The notes under the pieces are model-generated. The model ran no database searches and was not told the origin of the DNA. It saw only the letters and a program-made list of their open reading frames with translations. This document shows positions 9,787 through 20,231 of a stretch of DNA of 64,000 nt, in pieces (within the stretch, counting starts at the first letter, position 1; every line of letters begins with the position of its first letter). The translations under genes were made by a program, and so were the position numbers. This stretch comes from Alkalispirochaeta sp. (GTDB lineage Bacteria; Spirochaetota; Spirochaetia; DSM-27196; Alkalispirochaetaceae). The DNA is taken from positions 4,576,001 to 4,640,000 of the forward strand of contig OZ271854.1 in assembly GCA_965601925.1 (NCBI GenBank), in the 5' to 3' direction.

Positions 9787-10437
9787 TCAAGTTTCGAGCC
9801 ACTCCATCCCTTCGTCGTCCTGAATGACCCGACGGTCCCATCGCTCATCGCGGCGACGAAAACGCAGCACTCTGCGAAGCCCGCGCTCGATGAGTATGAG
9901 CATGTCCTTGGAAAGGGACTCGACGTCGGGAGCGTCCAGACGGGTGATAACCGTATCGAGGAGTGCGATGACCAACCGCGTCGCATCGTCGTACAGACCG
10001 GGTCGAAACACGCCGCGTCGCGATCCGTCGCGAATGATCTCGTCGACGATCGCCTCGATGCGCCGGCTGAGGGAGCCGATCGCGCCGCTTTGCAGATCGA
10101 ATCCGGGGTAGAGAAAGCGCTCGTCACCGGAGAGCACACCCCGGAGGATAGGATAACGCTTCATTCCGAGAACCGCGAACTGATACAGCACTTTGAGCTT
10201 GTTCATCGGCGATCGCAGCCGTTTCACCATTCGTTCGAGCTTGTGGATTCCCTCACGTTCGATCAAACTAAGAATTTGCTCGTAGAACATCTCTTTGCTG
10301 GAGAAGTGCTTGTAAAATGTGCCGACGCTTAAGCCGCATCCCCGGACGATGTCCTCGACCGATACGTCGCGGTATCCGTGGCGCGAAAAGAGCTCCATCC
10401 CCGATCGAATGATAAGAACCCGACGGTTTGCCTTCAT
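9787..10437 (-). CDS. TetR/AcrR-family transcriptional regulator
   Basis: LFSRHGYRDVSVEDIVRGCGLSVGTFYKHFSSKE HTH. TATAAT (minus strand, 10446-10451) lies 8 nt before the ATG, suggesting a leaderless or near-leaderless mRNA. Confidence 0.92.
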   Translation of the reverse strand: MKANRRVLIIRSGMELFSRHGYRDVSVEDIVRGCGLSVGTFYKHFSSKEMFYEQILSLIEREGIHKLERMVKRLRSPMNKLKVLYQFAVLGMKRYPILRGVLSGDERFLYPGFDLQSGAIGSLSRRIEAIVDEIIRDGSRRGVFRPGLYDDATRLVIALLDTVITRLDAPDVESLSKDMLILIERGLRRVLRFRRRDERWDRRVIQDDEGMEWLET

Positions 10438-10497
10438 GAAGTACCATTATATCCGTACGCCGCCTGCGGCAGAAGGACAAAGTGAAGATCGTCCTCG

Positions 10498-10518
10498 ATT
10501 ATTCACATATCGAATAAT
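10498..10518. promoter_or_regulatory. Candidate TetR operator (inverted repeat)
   Basis: ATTATTC-acatatc-GAATAAT is a perfect 7-bp inverted repeat in the AT-rich region between the divergent TetR and cysteate synthase genes. Confidence 0.4.
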
Positions 10519-10656
10519 ATTTCTTTGTCAATTTTTATCACGCCAGCATCCGTTTTTGTCTCTATTTCGCCGCATCTCCGTTACGTTCCCGTTAATCCTC
10601 ATACCGTTCATTGACCGGAGGCAGCGGCGTGGATTACGACGTATATAAGAGGACTT

Positions 10657-12012
10657 ATGGGCGACACACTCGTTACATACCGTAAGGGCACCGCTCACTA
10701 CCACCTCCGATGCTTGGCGACCGGGCAAATACTCAGAGACAACAGCCACGATTCGACGACGCGTTTTCCATTGGCGTGTTCGTCGGCGACGACTCCCGCA
10801 CTCCTGCGCACCGAGTATCGGAACACGCGCCTCGAGGTCGGCGACGAAGACGAGGGCGTTTTTCGATTTGCGTCGTGGTTACCCGTTAACACTACGTTAC
10901 CCGGTGCCGGGGGCCCGGTCACCTACCGCGCCGAGGCACTCGGTCGAGATCTCGGTCTAAGCAAGTTGTATGTGACCTTCAGCGGATGGTGGCCCGAGCG
11001 GCGCGCGCGCATCCCTACCGGCACCTTCAAAGAGAACGAGGCGTACGCGGTATACGGTCGTATGGGCGAGGCCGCATACGAACAGACGCTCGTCGTCGCC
11101 TCGGCGGGCAATACTGCGCGTGCGTTCCTGAGAGTTGCGGGAGAGAACAATTTGCCGCTGGTCGTCGTGGTCCCGGAGAATAATATCCCCGACCTGTGGA
11201 CGGTCGGAGAGCGGGGCTCGTCGACGCTCGTCGTAGCTGCCGGCGAGGACTCGGACTACGGCGATGCGATCACACTCGCGGCTCTCTTGTGCGAGGTCCC
11301 GGGATACGTTGCCGAGGGGGGTGCAAAGAACGTCGCACGTCGCGACGGAATGGGTACCACTTTTCTTTCGGCCGCGCACGCGATCGGACGCATACCGGAC
11401 CACTACTTCCAGGCCGTGGGAAGCGGAACCGGCGCGATCGCCGCGTGGGAGGCGAATCGACGTCTCATTGAGGACCGCCGGTACGGAGGTCACCACGCCA
11501 AGCTCCACCTCGCGCAGAACGCACCGTTTCAGGTGCTGGTGGACTCGTGGCGAGCGCGAAGCCGGGAGCTCCTCCTCCCCGACGAAGCGGTCACGCGTCG
11601 TCAGGTCGACGAGATCGGCGCCAAGGTGCTCGCGAACCGCCGTCCGCCGTGGTCGATGATCGGCGGTCTGTTCGATACACTCGTCGACACCGACGGCGAA
11701 ATGTACGCGGTGACCAACGACGAGGCCGAAGAGGCCGGCGATCGCTTCGAAGAGCTTGAGGGTATCGATCTCAGCCCCGCCGCGCGAGTCGCGTGCGGCG
11801 CGTTAACGCAGGCTGTACGGAAGGGAGCGGTCGGACGCGACGAGGTCATAAACCTCAACGTAACCGGCGGAGGCTTCCGAAGGGCGAAGCAAGATCTCGA
11901 CACCCGACCGCTCGAGGCGGATGTCGTGGCGCACCGTTCCGCGTTCAATACCGAGGCGATCGCCGAGATGGTGGACAGGGCTCGACGAACGCGCTTGAAT
12001 CAACGAGGATAG
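10657..12012 (+). CDS. Cysteate synthase (PLP-dependent, threonine-synthase-like)
   Basis: TGTFKENEA (PLP Lys), VASAGNTARAF, EGGAKNVARRDGMGT, YFQAVGSGTGAIAAWEA and LNVTGGG, as I recall for the cysteate synthase family. GAGGA RBS upstream. Confidence 0.88.
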   Translation: MGDTLVTYRKGTAHYHLRCLATGQILRDNSHDSTTRFPLACSSATTPALLRTEYRNTRLEVGDEDEGVFRFASWLPVNTTLPGAGGPVTYRAEALGRDLGLSKLYVTFSGWWPERRARIPTGTFKENEAYAVYGRMGEAAYEQTLVVASAGNTARAFLRVAGENNLPLVVVVPENNIPDLWTVGERGSSTLVVAAGEDSDYGDAITLAALLCEVPGYVAEGGAKNVARRDGMGTTFLSAAHAIGRIPDHYFQAVGSGTGAIAAWEANRRLIEDRRYGGHHAKLHLAQNAPFQVLVDSWRARSRELLLPDEAVTRRQVDEIGAKVLANRRPPWSMIGGLFDTLVDTDGEMYAVTNDEAEEAGDRFEELEGIDLSPAARVACGALTQAVRKGAVGRDEVINLNVTGGGFRRAKQDLDTRPLEADVVAHRSAFNTEAIAEMVDRARRTRLNQRG

Positions 12013-12150
12013 TAGTAGTAGCCATTACTCATACCATTGTCACGGCGACGATCCCGTATCGACTACCGAATACGGCGCCGGACGTCAAAAAAAAGTAGAG
12101 ACAATACCGCGACGACGCGCATACTCGTCGAATACTAAAGGAGATCTACG

Positions 12151-13479
12151 ATGCTTTTAGACCAAAAGGCGGAACGCGAAAGCGCCGCAAAGTCCGAGGG
12201 AAAGACGGACCTCTTTGCGAAATGTCATACCGATGCGGGGTACTTCGGAAAGCTCCGCGCAATGGGAGACGATGAATATACGCGCCCGGTTCTTCCGCCC
12301 AATCCCGATCGACACATGGAGTTCAAAGGTAAAGAGCACACCATGTGGTCGATCAATAACTATCTCGGCCTTGCCAACCACCCCGAAGTGATCGAGACGG
12401 CCCACGACGCTATCGACCGCTTCGGTGTGAGCTCTCCCATGGGTTCGCGTATGATGAGCGGCAACACGGAGCACCACCTCTCTTTCGAGCGCCAGCTCGC
12501 CGAGCATACGGAGAAGGAGGCGGCGTTCCTCTTCAATTACGGCTACATGGGCGTCATCGGCACCATTCAGTCCTTGGCGGGTAAGGACGATGTCATCGTC
12601 ATGGACAAGCTCGACCATTCATGCATCGTCGACGGCGCCTTTCTCGGGCAGTCGATGAACGGCGCCCAGCTGCGCGTCTTTAAGCATAACAATATGGATA
12701 ACCTCGAGCAGGTGCTCAAGCGGGTCAACCGTGACCGCAAAGGCGGTGTGTTGATCGTCACCGAGGGCGTCTACGGTATGACCGGCGACCTGGCGAAACT
12801 CGACGAAATCACCGCTTTGAAAGAGAAATACGACGCCCGACTCTTCATCGACGACGCCCACGGCTGGGGCATTATGGGTCCCGAGGGCAAGGGAACCGCG
12901 GCGCACTTCGGCGTTCAGGACAAGGTTGACGTTTACTTCGGCACCTTTGCCAAGAGCTTTGCCTCCATCGGCGGGTTCTCGTCCTCCGAGCAAGCGGTAA
13001 TCGACTGGATCGCTTACAACGCGCGCACCCAGGTCTTTGCCAAGAGCCTCCCGATGGTATACGTCGAAACGTTGCGTAAGACCTTCGATCTGGTAAAGGC
13101 GGGCGACGATCGGCGCGCCAAGATGTGGGCGCGAAGCAACGAGCTCAAAAACGGTCTGCGCGCCTTGGGCTTCTACATCGGTCCGGGCGAGTCGCCGATC
13201 TGTTCGGTGTTTCTCCCCGTGGGCGAGCACGAGCCGGAGCGTATCGCTATGCAGTCCGCCGGCTTCCTACGCCAACACGGCGTCTTCGTGACTGCGATCG
13301 TCTACCCGGTTATTCCCCTCGGGCTTATGATGTTTCGCATGATTCCTACGGCGATGCACGAGGAAGAGGATGTGCAGAAGACGTTGGCTACATTCGAACA
13401 GATGCGAAACGCCCTCAACCTCCGCCTCGATATGACCGAGGACGAAGACAAGACGATCCGCAAGGTATACGGGATATAG
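12151..13479 (+). CDS. Alpha-oxoamine synthase (class II aminotransferase fold); probable cysteate C-acyltransferase (CapB/SulA-like)
   Basis: WSINNYLGLANHPEV, GSRMMSGN, DHSCIVDG, EGVYGMTGD, DDAHG, GTFAKS (PLP Lys), YNARTQVFAKSLP. AAGGAG RBS; adjacent to the cysteate synthase. Confidence 0.8.
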   Translation: MLLDQKAERESAAKSEGKTDLFAKCHTDAGYFGKLRAMGDDEYTRPVLPPNPDRHMEFKGKEHTMWSINNYLGLANHPEVIETAHDAIDRFGVSSPMGSRMMSGNTEHHLSFERQLAEHTEKEAAFLFNYGYMGVIGTIQSLAGKDDVIVMDKLDHSCIVDGAFLGQSMNGAQLRVFKHNNMDNLEQVLKRVNRDRKGGVLIVTEGVYGMTGDLAKLDEITALKEKYDARLFIDDAHGWGIMGPEGKGTAAHFGVQDKVDVYFGTFAKSFASIGGFSSSEQAVIDWIAYNARTQVFAKSLPMVYVETLRKTFDLVKAGDDRRAKMWARSNELKNGLRALGFYIGPGESPICSVFLPVGEHEPERIAMQSAGFLRQHGVFVTAIVYPVIPLGLMMFRMIPTAMHEEEDVQKTLATFEQMRNALNLRLDMTEDEDKTIRKVYGI

Positions 13480-13494
13480 TACTCATCGGCCTGC

Positions 13495-13525
13495 GAGGCG
13501 GAGAGGCATGTGCCCTCTCCGTCTC
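13495..13525 (+). terminator. GC-rich hairpin after the alpha-oxoamine synthase gene
   Basis: gaggcggagagg-catgtgc-cctctccgtctc forms a 12-bp stem with one G-U pair. There is no U-tract, so termination is uncertain. Confidence 0.35.
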
Positions 13526-13645
13526 GGGTCCGGTATCCGCCCGCATGATGGCTCGCGGAAGTAACCACGGCACCTCGCACCCTCTTCATGCAAGATAACG
13601 GTTGCCCGACACACCGGATCGTGTTACACCGATAGGACCGCCGGT

Positions 13646-14227
13646 ATGGAAACCGACGGCATACTTCACGTACCGGGGGCGGCCGTGGTCGGAGGCGAAA
13701 CGCAACTCATTCGGAACCTATTGTTTCTCCCTCTTCTCATTGCGTTGACCTCTCCGGTTGTCGGAGAAACGCCCCGCACGACGACCCGTGTCCTCCAGGA
13801 CGGCACGACAATACTAGAAACGCGCGATGAAACGGACCGTTTACTCCGAGAGGAGGTCGTTCTCAGAAACGGAAGACACAAGACGACCTATTTTGACGGC
13901 CGCGGAGATCCTCACTATAGCGTCGTCACCACCGGAACCGGCTCGTTCGGCATCATGTACTATGAGGAGTCCGAGGCGCCGCTTTTCAAGTTCTGGCATT
14001 ACGGCAACGATGAGAAAATCATACAGTTTCACTCGGACACGTTTGATTTGATCGGATCGATCGAAATCCAAACTGACAACGCCGAACGCCGCGTCGTGTG
14101 GAGTGAGGAAACGAACCGCGGGAGTAAGGCGATGATATGGATACCCGTGTCATTCCTCGCCGGTGCGCTCTTTGCTTTCCTTCTCGTACGTACGACGACA
14201 CAAAAAACGTCGAAATCTCGCAGATAG
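13646..14227 (+). CDS. Hypothetical exported protein with C-terminal membrane anchor
   Basis: Hydrophobic signal-like segment (LLFLPLLIALTSPVVG), beta-rich body, C-terminal TM followed by a basic tail. Confidence 0.6.
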   Translation: METDGILHVPGAAVVGGETQLIRNLLFLPLLIALTSPVVGETPRTTTRVLQDGTTILETRDETDRLLREEVVLRNGRHKTTYFDGRGDPHYSVVTTGTGSFGIMYYEESEAPLFKFWHYGNDEKIIQFHSDTFDLIGSIEIQTDNAERRVVWSEETNRGSKAMIWIPVSFLAGALFAFLLVRTTTQKTSKSRR

Positions 14228-14369
14228 TCGGGGCGAGACTATCGCGAAGACCGGAGACGTAGTGTGCGGTCTCCTCTTCGAGAGATGTCGTAATCCCGTT
14301 CCGGCGGTCCGACATATTGACCGCTTCGTTCCCTCATGGAGCAAGCGGCACAGCAACGATCGTCCAAGC

Positions 14370-15398
14370 CTAATTTCTGCTTTTTAAGGCTTCGTAGAAC
14401 GTGATCCATTCTTCGGTGGGATTCGTCATGAATCCGGCGAAGTCCGGGTCGGTTTCCACTCTATGAATACGCCTCCGCGCCTCGGGATGATCCATGGCCT
14501 CCAGGGTCAAAAGGAAGTTACGGGCGCTTCGCATGTCACCCTCAAGAGCGCTGGCGCAAGCCGCGTTGTAGGCCGCACGAAAATGCAGGGGATTCCAAAA
14601 CAGGGCCGACGCAAAGATGGGCGCAGCTTCGTCGAACCGTTCTCGTTCGTACAGACTGAACGCCGCTTCATTCAGAAACTGTGCGACGAATGGGCCGCTG
14701 AGGATGGCCGCCACGGTTCTTCCCGGATCAGAGCTGTGAAACTCCCGAAGAAAGAATGTAAGCACCAAGTATCGAGGAGACTCCGAACCCAAAAGGGACG
14801 ATACGTCGTCCCCGGGGTAATAGAGATCCAGGACCTCCGTATAGTCCTCGCGGACACCGAAGCTATGGTGATTGAAGGTGCCCAGTCGCTTTGTCCAGCC
14901 GGAGGTCTCCTCCCTGATGGAGAGATCGACCATTTCCAGAACCGGAAAAAACGGGTCATCGCGGTTGCCTTGATCGAGCACCTCTCCGGATCGACCGACG
15001 GTCGGATGCTCCTCAAAAGATCCCGTCAATCCCATGTACGATTCCGCGTGCGTATAGGAGCCGACGACGCGTTGGAGAATCTCCGAGGCCGATTGCCGTT
15101 GCGACTCCAGTTCCTCTTCCGTCGGGGCCACGGTCCGATCGGAAACAAATTCATTGAGAGAGATGTAATACACCTCGCTGTCGCCGTCGGGAGAGAAGAA
15201 GCTCATGTATTCATCTCTCCCGCCGAGTCCTTCGTAACGCGTGTGCATCCGAACGACGAGCCCCCCGTCACCGGTCACATCGACGGAATCTATGCGGTCG
15301 GGGCCGATAATACTGATCTCCGGGATCTCTTGAGCAGCTGCGGCAGAGCAGCCCAGCAACAGCAGTATAACGGTACGAAACGGAAAAGAAGAACGCAT
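14370..15398 (-). CDS. Exported protein with C-terminal TPR module
   Basis: Signal peptide. C-terminal LNEAAFSLYERERFDEAAPIF...AAYNAACASAL...DPDF is a TPR-end pattern. GGGGTGAG RBS-like sequence upstream. Confidence 0.72.
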   Translation of the reverse strand: MRSSFPFRTVILLLLGCSAAAAQEIPEISIIGPDRIDSVDVTGDGGLVVRMHTRYEGLGGRDEYMSFFSPDGDSEVYYISLNEFVSDRTVAPTEEELESQRQSASEILQRVVGSYTHAESYMGLTGSFEEHPTVGRSGEVLDQGNRDDPFFPVLEMVDLSIREETSGWTKRLGTFNHHSFGVREDYTEVLDLYYPGDDVSSLLGSESPRYLVLTFFLREFHSSDPGRTVAAILSGPFVAQFLNEAAFSLYERERFDEAAPIFASALFWNPLHFRAAYNAACASALEGDMRSARNFLLTLEAMDHPEARRRIHRVETDPDFAGFMTNPTEEWITFYEALKSRN

Positions 15399-15660
15399 AA
15401 CTCACCCCCTGAACGATTCTTTCGTCCTGCACCATATCGAAAAAGCGCTTGTATCGACGCGCTCTCCCGTCGTCCGGCCGACCTCGAAAACCGCATCGTC
15501 GAACGGAATCCCCGGTAGTGGGTCCCGAGTTCGTTCTTCTCTGTACATCGATGGGTTTCGCGAATTCATCTTAGGTGGGCGAGAAAGACGTGTCAAACAA
15601 AACCATGGGTGTGACGAACCGACGAAGATAATCCGTATCGAGAACACGGCGGAGGACGCT

Positions 15661-17055
15661 CTACATGAGAATCTCGGCCTCGCCGACGCGACGTTGTCCA
15701 CCCGACACCAACACGGGCTCGATAATCGTCGGAGTACGTCCCTCGATCTCGCCGATACGGTCGAGAAGGAGACGTCGCAACCGCTTTCGCACAGGCGTGT
15801 GCGAATCGTAATGAACCAAATTTTCCAACTCATACGGGTCGTGGAAGAGGTCGTAGAGGTACATCTCCGTATACTCTGCGGCATACTCCGCTGAGGGACG
15901 GCCCGCGGGGTCACGCGGGTCGACATAGGCGACTCCGTACTTCCAACGACGGGTACGCACAGCCCGCCCGGTCTCCGCTTCGCTCACCTGGACGAAGACG
16001 TCCTCGGGCCACCCGACCGTCCGGCCGCGATCATCCGTTCGAGGGGCTGCAAGGAGCGGTATGGCCGAGCGGCCGTGCATCGACGGGGGCGGCGTGATGC
16101 CGGCGGCGTCCAAAAGCGTCGGCGGGATATCGACGATACTAAACAGTTCCTCCACGCGACCGCCTCCGCGAAAACCGGGACCTACGGCAAAGCAGGGGAC
16201 GCGAATACTCGCCTCGTGACAGCTCCGTTTGTACTCATCGTTACGTGTCTTGAAGTGGTTCCCGTGGTCCGAGATGTAGAGGATGATCGTATCGTCGAGA
16301 AGGGAGAGACTGCGCAGCGCGTCTTCCACGCGACCCAACGCTTCATCCAGGCGTCTGACCATGCCGTAGTATCCCGATATATGGCGCGCCGAAGATCCGC
16401 CCAAGGCGCGAAGGTCCGGCGGCACCCACGGGTCGCGGTACGCCTCCTCGTAGCCGGTGGGCGCCGGATACGAGTCGACGTGGTTTTGATGGTGGGGCTC
16501 GAGATACGAGAGAAAGAGAAAGAACGGCTCGTCTCGGCGAGTATTAATGAAGCGGATCGCCACATCCGTCTGGGCGTCGACGCGATAACCGGGAAAGTGG
16601 TGCTTCGTGCCGTCGGCATCGTAGAGGTTCAGGTCGTACGCGTCCGACTCATGCTCGAGAGAGTTCGCCGCCATCCAGTAGTCGTAGCCGACCTGATGCT
16701 CTCTGGGCACCGGCTCGGTCGCGCTCAGATGCCATTTTCCGATGTAGCCGGTGGCGTACCCCGCCGCTTTAAAGGCGTCTGCCAAGCGCGGCTGCTCGGC
16801 GGCCAGCCGAATCCTATTGCGCCACACCCCGGTCGTCGAGGCGTACTTACCGGTCTGCAGCGTCGCACGAGCCGGTGCGCACACGGGCTGGCACGTGAAG
16901 GTGTTGAAAAAGTGCGTCCCTTGCGCCGCTAAGCGGTCGAAGTTCGGTGTGAGACCCATCGGATTTCCGTGCGCGCCGGTCGTGTCGGCGCGCTGCTGGT
17001 CGGTAAAAAAGACGATAATATTCGGCCGGCGACGACCGGAAGTCGATTTCGCCAT
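15661..17055 (-). CDS. Cys-type (formylglycine) sulfatase, cytoplasmic
   Basis: PNIIVFFTDQQR, CAPARATLQTG (CxPxR), GYIGKWHL, EPHH, SDHG; AGGAGG RBS; no signal peptide. Confidence 0.93.
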   Translation of the reverse strand: MAKSTSGRRRPNIIVFFTDQQRADTTGAHGNPMGLTPNFDRLAAQGTHFFNTFTCQPVCAPARATLQTGKYASTTGVWRNRIRLAAEQPRLADAFKAAGYATGYIGKWHLSATEPVPREHQVGYDYWMAANSLEHESDAYDLNLYDADGTKHHFPGYRVDAQTDVAIRFINTRRDEPFFLFLSYLEPHHQNHVDSYPAPTGYEEAYRDPWVPPDLRALGGSSARHISGYYGMVRRLDEALGRVEDALRSLSLLDDTIILYISDHGNHFKTRNDEYKRSCHEASIRVPCFAVGPGFRGGGRVEELFSIVDIPPTLLDAAGITPPPSMHGRSAIPLLAAPRTDDRGRTVGWPEDVFVQVSEAETGRAVRTRRWKYGVAYVDPRDPAGRPSAEYAAEYTEMYLYDLFHDPYELENLVHYDSHTPVRKRLRRLLLDRIGEIEGRTPTIIEPVLVSGGQRRVGEAEILM

Positions 17056-17259
17056 AATTTCCTCCTGAACGACGCCTCATTTGCTCCGCGTGGACGCGTT
17101 ACGAACCGTCGAAGACCGTTGAGACGAGCGGCGATCGGAATCCGCCCTCCTTCCCGACCCATTTAGTCGTACTCATGTACCGATCGCGTCTTGCGGTCTC
17201 GCGACAAAATCCACGGTGCGCGGCAACGGAACGGCGCCCTCCTCAATCTATCGAGTTCG

Positions 17260-18399
17260 CTACATAAGAACGGCGAGGAGTACCCCGGCGGCCACGGCCG
17301 AGCCGATGACGCCGCTCACATTGGGTCCCATGGCCTGCATGAGCAGGTAGTTCCGCGGGTTGGCCTCCAGCCCGACCTTATTAACCACACGCGCCGCCAT
17401 GGGCACCGCCGATACTCCGGCCGCCCCGATGAGCGGGTTGACGGGCGAGCGGGAGAGGCGATTCATCACCCGAGCCAACAGGATGCCCGTCGCCGTTCCG
17501 ATCGAGAAGGCGACCAACCCAAGCAGAAGGATGCCGAGGGTCTCGACGCGCAAGAAGTAGTTTGCCTGGAGCTTACTCCCCACGACAAGCCCCAGGAGAA
17601 TGGTAACGCTGTCGATGAACGCACTCTGCAGGGTACGCGAAAGTCGCTCGGTCACTCCCGACTCCTTCACCAAGTTGCCGAACATGAGCGCACCGATGAG
17701 CGGCGTGGCGGTCGGCAACAGGAGAATACACAGCCCCAGCACCGACAGCGGGAAGATGATCTTCTCCACCTTGGAGACGGGACGCAGCTGAGTCATCACG
17801 ATGCTGCGTTGCGCCGCGGTTGTGCACGCCCGCATGATCGGCGGCTGGATGATCGGTACCAGCGCCATGTAGCTATACGCCGCCACGGCGATCGCTCCCA
17901 CGAGATCGGGACTCAACCGCGACGATAAGAAAATGGCCGTCGGCCCGTCGGCGCCGCCGATGATTCCGATCGATGCGGCGTCGCGCAACGAGAAATCGAA
18001 GCCGAGATACTCGCTCAACGCCAGCGCTCCCAAAACGGTCGCAAAGATCCCGAACTGCGCCGCCGCTCCCAACAAAGCCATACGCGGGTTGGCGATGAGC
18101 GGCCCGAAGTCGGTCATCGCGCCCACACCCATGAAAATGAGAAGGGGGAATATACCGGTCGCCAGCCCAACGGCGTCGATCATCCCGAGAAATCCCTCAG
18201 GACCGGCGATACCGGCGATCGGGATGTTGGCCAGAATCCCGCCGAAACCGATCGGGAGGAGCAGCAGGGGTTCGAATTTTTTGCCGATCGCCAGATAGAT
18301 GAGGACAAGACCGACGGCGATCATGAATACATTGCCGCCCGATATCGCCGTCAACCCCGTAGACGCCCAGAGGTTGACAAAGGAGTGTGCGATACTCAT
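17260..18399 (-). CDS. oadB: Na+-translocating oxaloacetate decarboxylase beta subunit
   Basis: [61 protein letters not shown] at 18399 overlaps the oadA stop. Confidence 0.96.
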   Translation of the reverse strand: MSIAHSFVNLWASTGLTAISGGNVFMIAVGLVLIYLAIGKKFEPLLLLPIGFGGILANIPIAGIAGPEGFLGMIDAVGLATGIFPLLIFMGVGAMTDFGPLIANPRMALLGAAAQFGIFATVLGALALSEYLGFDFSLRDAASIGIIGGADGPTAIFLSSRLSPDLVGAIAVAAYSYMALVPIIQPPIMRACTTAAQRSIVMTQLRPVSKVEKIIFPLSVLGLCILLLPTATPLIGALMFGNLVKESGVTERLSRTLQSAFIDSVTILLGLVVGSKLQANYFLRVETLGILLLGLVAFSIGTATGILLARVMNRLSRSPVNPLIGAAGVSAVPMAARVVNKVGLEANPRNYLLMQAMGPNVSGVIGSAVAAGVLLAVLM

Positions 18400-20231
18400 G
18401 CGATCGATACCAGCGGTGCGTCGGCCTCCACGGATTGCCCGTCGGAAACGTGCACTTTCGCGACCGTCCCGTCCGAGGCGGCCTCGACCTTCATCTCCAT
18501 CTTCATACACTCCATCAGCACGACCGGCGCACCCTCCGTGACGGTGTCTCCCGACTTGACGAGGGTCCTCAAAATGACCCCGGGCATCGGGGCCGCTACC
18601 GTCGTGCCGCCCACCTTCGGAGCGGCGACGATCGGGGAGGCGACCGGTTGTGGTGACGCGCCGTCGCTCGTCGGGAGCGGATGGGACCGGCCGTCGATCG
18701 TGGCATGGCCGTCGGCCACGGTCACGGCAAGGGTCTCGCCCGCCACGGTCACGGTATAGACCGCGACCCCGTCTTGTGCCGGGGCGGGCTGAGGCGTGCT
18801 CCTCTGCGGAGTCGGTGCGGCGTCGCCTTCGAGTCCGCGCTTGCGCACCTGGACACGCGCCTCTCCCTTGAGAAAGGCGATCCCGCGCTCCTTACACGTC
18901 GCAGCGATGAAGATGTTCTCTTCGGTGATCGCGATACCCGCCTCGCGCAACACCGCCTCGGCGGCGTCGCGGCCCTTGGTCGGATCGGCGTCGTTGAGGA
19001 GCCGCGGACTCTCGGTCGTCGCCTCCAGACCGAGCTGTTCGCTCGCCTTCCGGACCAACTCGGCGTCGGGCTCGGTAGGCGTTCGCCCAAAGTAGCCCAA
19101 AAGCATCTTGCCGTAGCCGTCGGCGATTTTTTTCCACGGTCCGAGCATGACGTTGTTGAACGCTTGCTGGAAATAGAACTGGGAGACCGGCGTCACCGAC
19201 GTTGCAAACCCACCGCGCTCGACGACCTCGCGCATCGCAGCGATCACCTCGGGAAAACGGTGGAGCACCTGATGATCGCGCATCATCTGCGTGTTTGCCG
19301 TGAGGGCGCCGCCGGGCATCGGCGAAAAGGGAATCAACGGTTCGACTCTGAGCGCCTCGGGGGGATAGAAATACTCAGCCATGCACTCTTTGAAGACCTC
19401 CTCCGCCTCCATCACCTTCTCTATGTCGACGCCTAAGTCAAACTCCGTCCCGCGGAGGGTGTGCCACATCGTGATGATATCGGGCTGCGCCGTACCGCCT
19501 GAGACGGGAGCCATGGAAAGATCGATACCGTCCACCCCCGCCTCGAGCGCCGCGCGATAGGTCACGACACCGGTACCGGCGGTATCGTGAGTATGAAAAC
19601 GTACGGGGATGTCCGCCGGCAGCTTCGATTTGGCCAGTTTCACCGTCTCGTACACGACCTGGGGCGTCGCGGTTCCCGACGCATCCTTGAGTGCCAGAGA
19701 GTGCATCGGAATATCGGCGTCGAGAATCTGCGTGAGGCGGTCGAGATAGAACGCCGCGGTGTGCGCCCCGGAAAGCCCGGGTGGTAGACCCATTAACGTC
19801 ACGGATACCTCGTGGTGCAGCCCCGCATCTACAATGCAGCGCCCCGAATAGTCGAGGTTGTCCACATCGTTGAGGGCGTCAAAATTACGGATCGTCGTGA
19901 TACCGTGTCTTTTGAACAGGTGCGCGTGCATAGCGATGATGTCGGAGGACTGACTCTCCAGCCCCACTACGTTGATGCCCCGCGCCAACGTTTGGAGGTT
20001 TGCCTCCGGTCCCGCGGCCTCACGACACGCGTCCATCATCGCAAAGGCGTCCTCATTACAATAGAAGTACAAACTCTGAAAGCGTGCACCGCCGCCCACC
20101 TCGAAGTGCGTTAATCCCGCCTCGCACGCCGCCTCCAGAGCCGGCAGAAAATCGGGCGTCAACACCCGCGCACCGAAGACGGACTGAAACCCGTCGCGGA
20201 ACGCAGTCACCATTACGTTGATCTTCTTCAT
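18396..20231 (-). CDS. oadA: Oxaloacetate decarboxylase alpha subunit (carboxyltransferase plus biotin carrier)
   Basis: RDGFQS, FDALND, LKDASG, HTHDT, PGG, VTPVSQF; C-terminal biotinyl domain APMPG...ECMKME. Confidence 0.93.
   Translation of the reverse strand: MKKINVMVTAFRDGFQSVFGARVLTPDFLPALEAACEAGLTHFEVGGGARFQSLYFYCNEDAFAMMDACREAAGPEANLQTLARGINVVGLESQSSDIIAMHAHLFKRHGITTIRNFDALNDVDNLDYSGRCIVDAGLHHEVSVTLMGLPPGLSGAHTAAFYLDRLTQILDADIPMHSLALKDASGTATPQVVYETVKLAKSKLPADIPVRFHTHDTAGTGVVTYRAALEAGVDGIDLSMAPVSGGTAQPDIITMWHTLRGTEFDLGVDIEKVMEAEEVFKECMAEYFYPPEALRVEPLIPFSPMPGGALTANTQMMRDHQVLHRFPEVIAAMREVVERGGFATSVTPVSQFYFQQAFNNVMLGPWKKIADGYGKMLLGYFGRTPTEPDAELVRKASEQLGLEATTESPRLLNDADPTKGRDAAEAVLREAGIAITEENIFIAATCKERGIAFLKGEARVQVRKRGLEGDAAPTPQRSTPQPAPAQDGVAVYTVTVAGETLAVTVADGHATIDGRSHPLPTSDGASPQPVASPIVAAPKVGGTTVAAPMPGVILRTLVKSGDTVTEGAPVVLMECMKMEMKVEAASDGTVAKVHVSDGQSVEADAPLVSIA

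Noticed and set aside
10657..13479. Threonine synthase plus bioF, or coenzyme M synthesis
   Set aside because: The motifs fit cysteate synthase, and no bio, thr or com genes lie nearby. These alternatives are not formally excluded without a phylogeny.
18495..18515. ECMKME instead of EAMKME in the OadA biotinyl domain
   Set aside because: The MKM biotinylation core is intact, so this is a minor variant.
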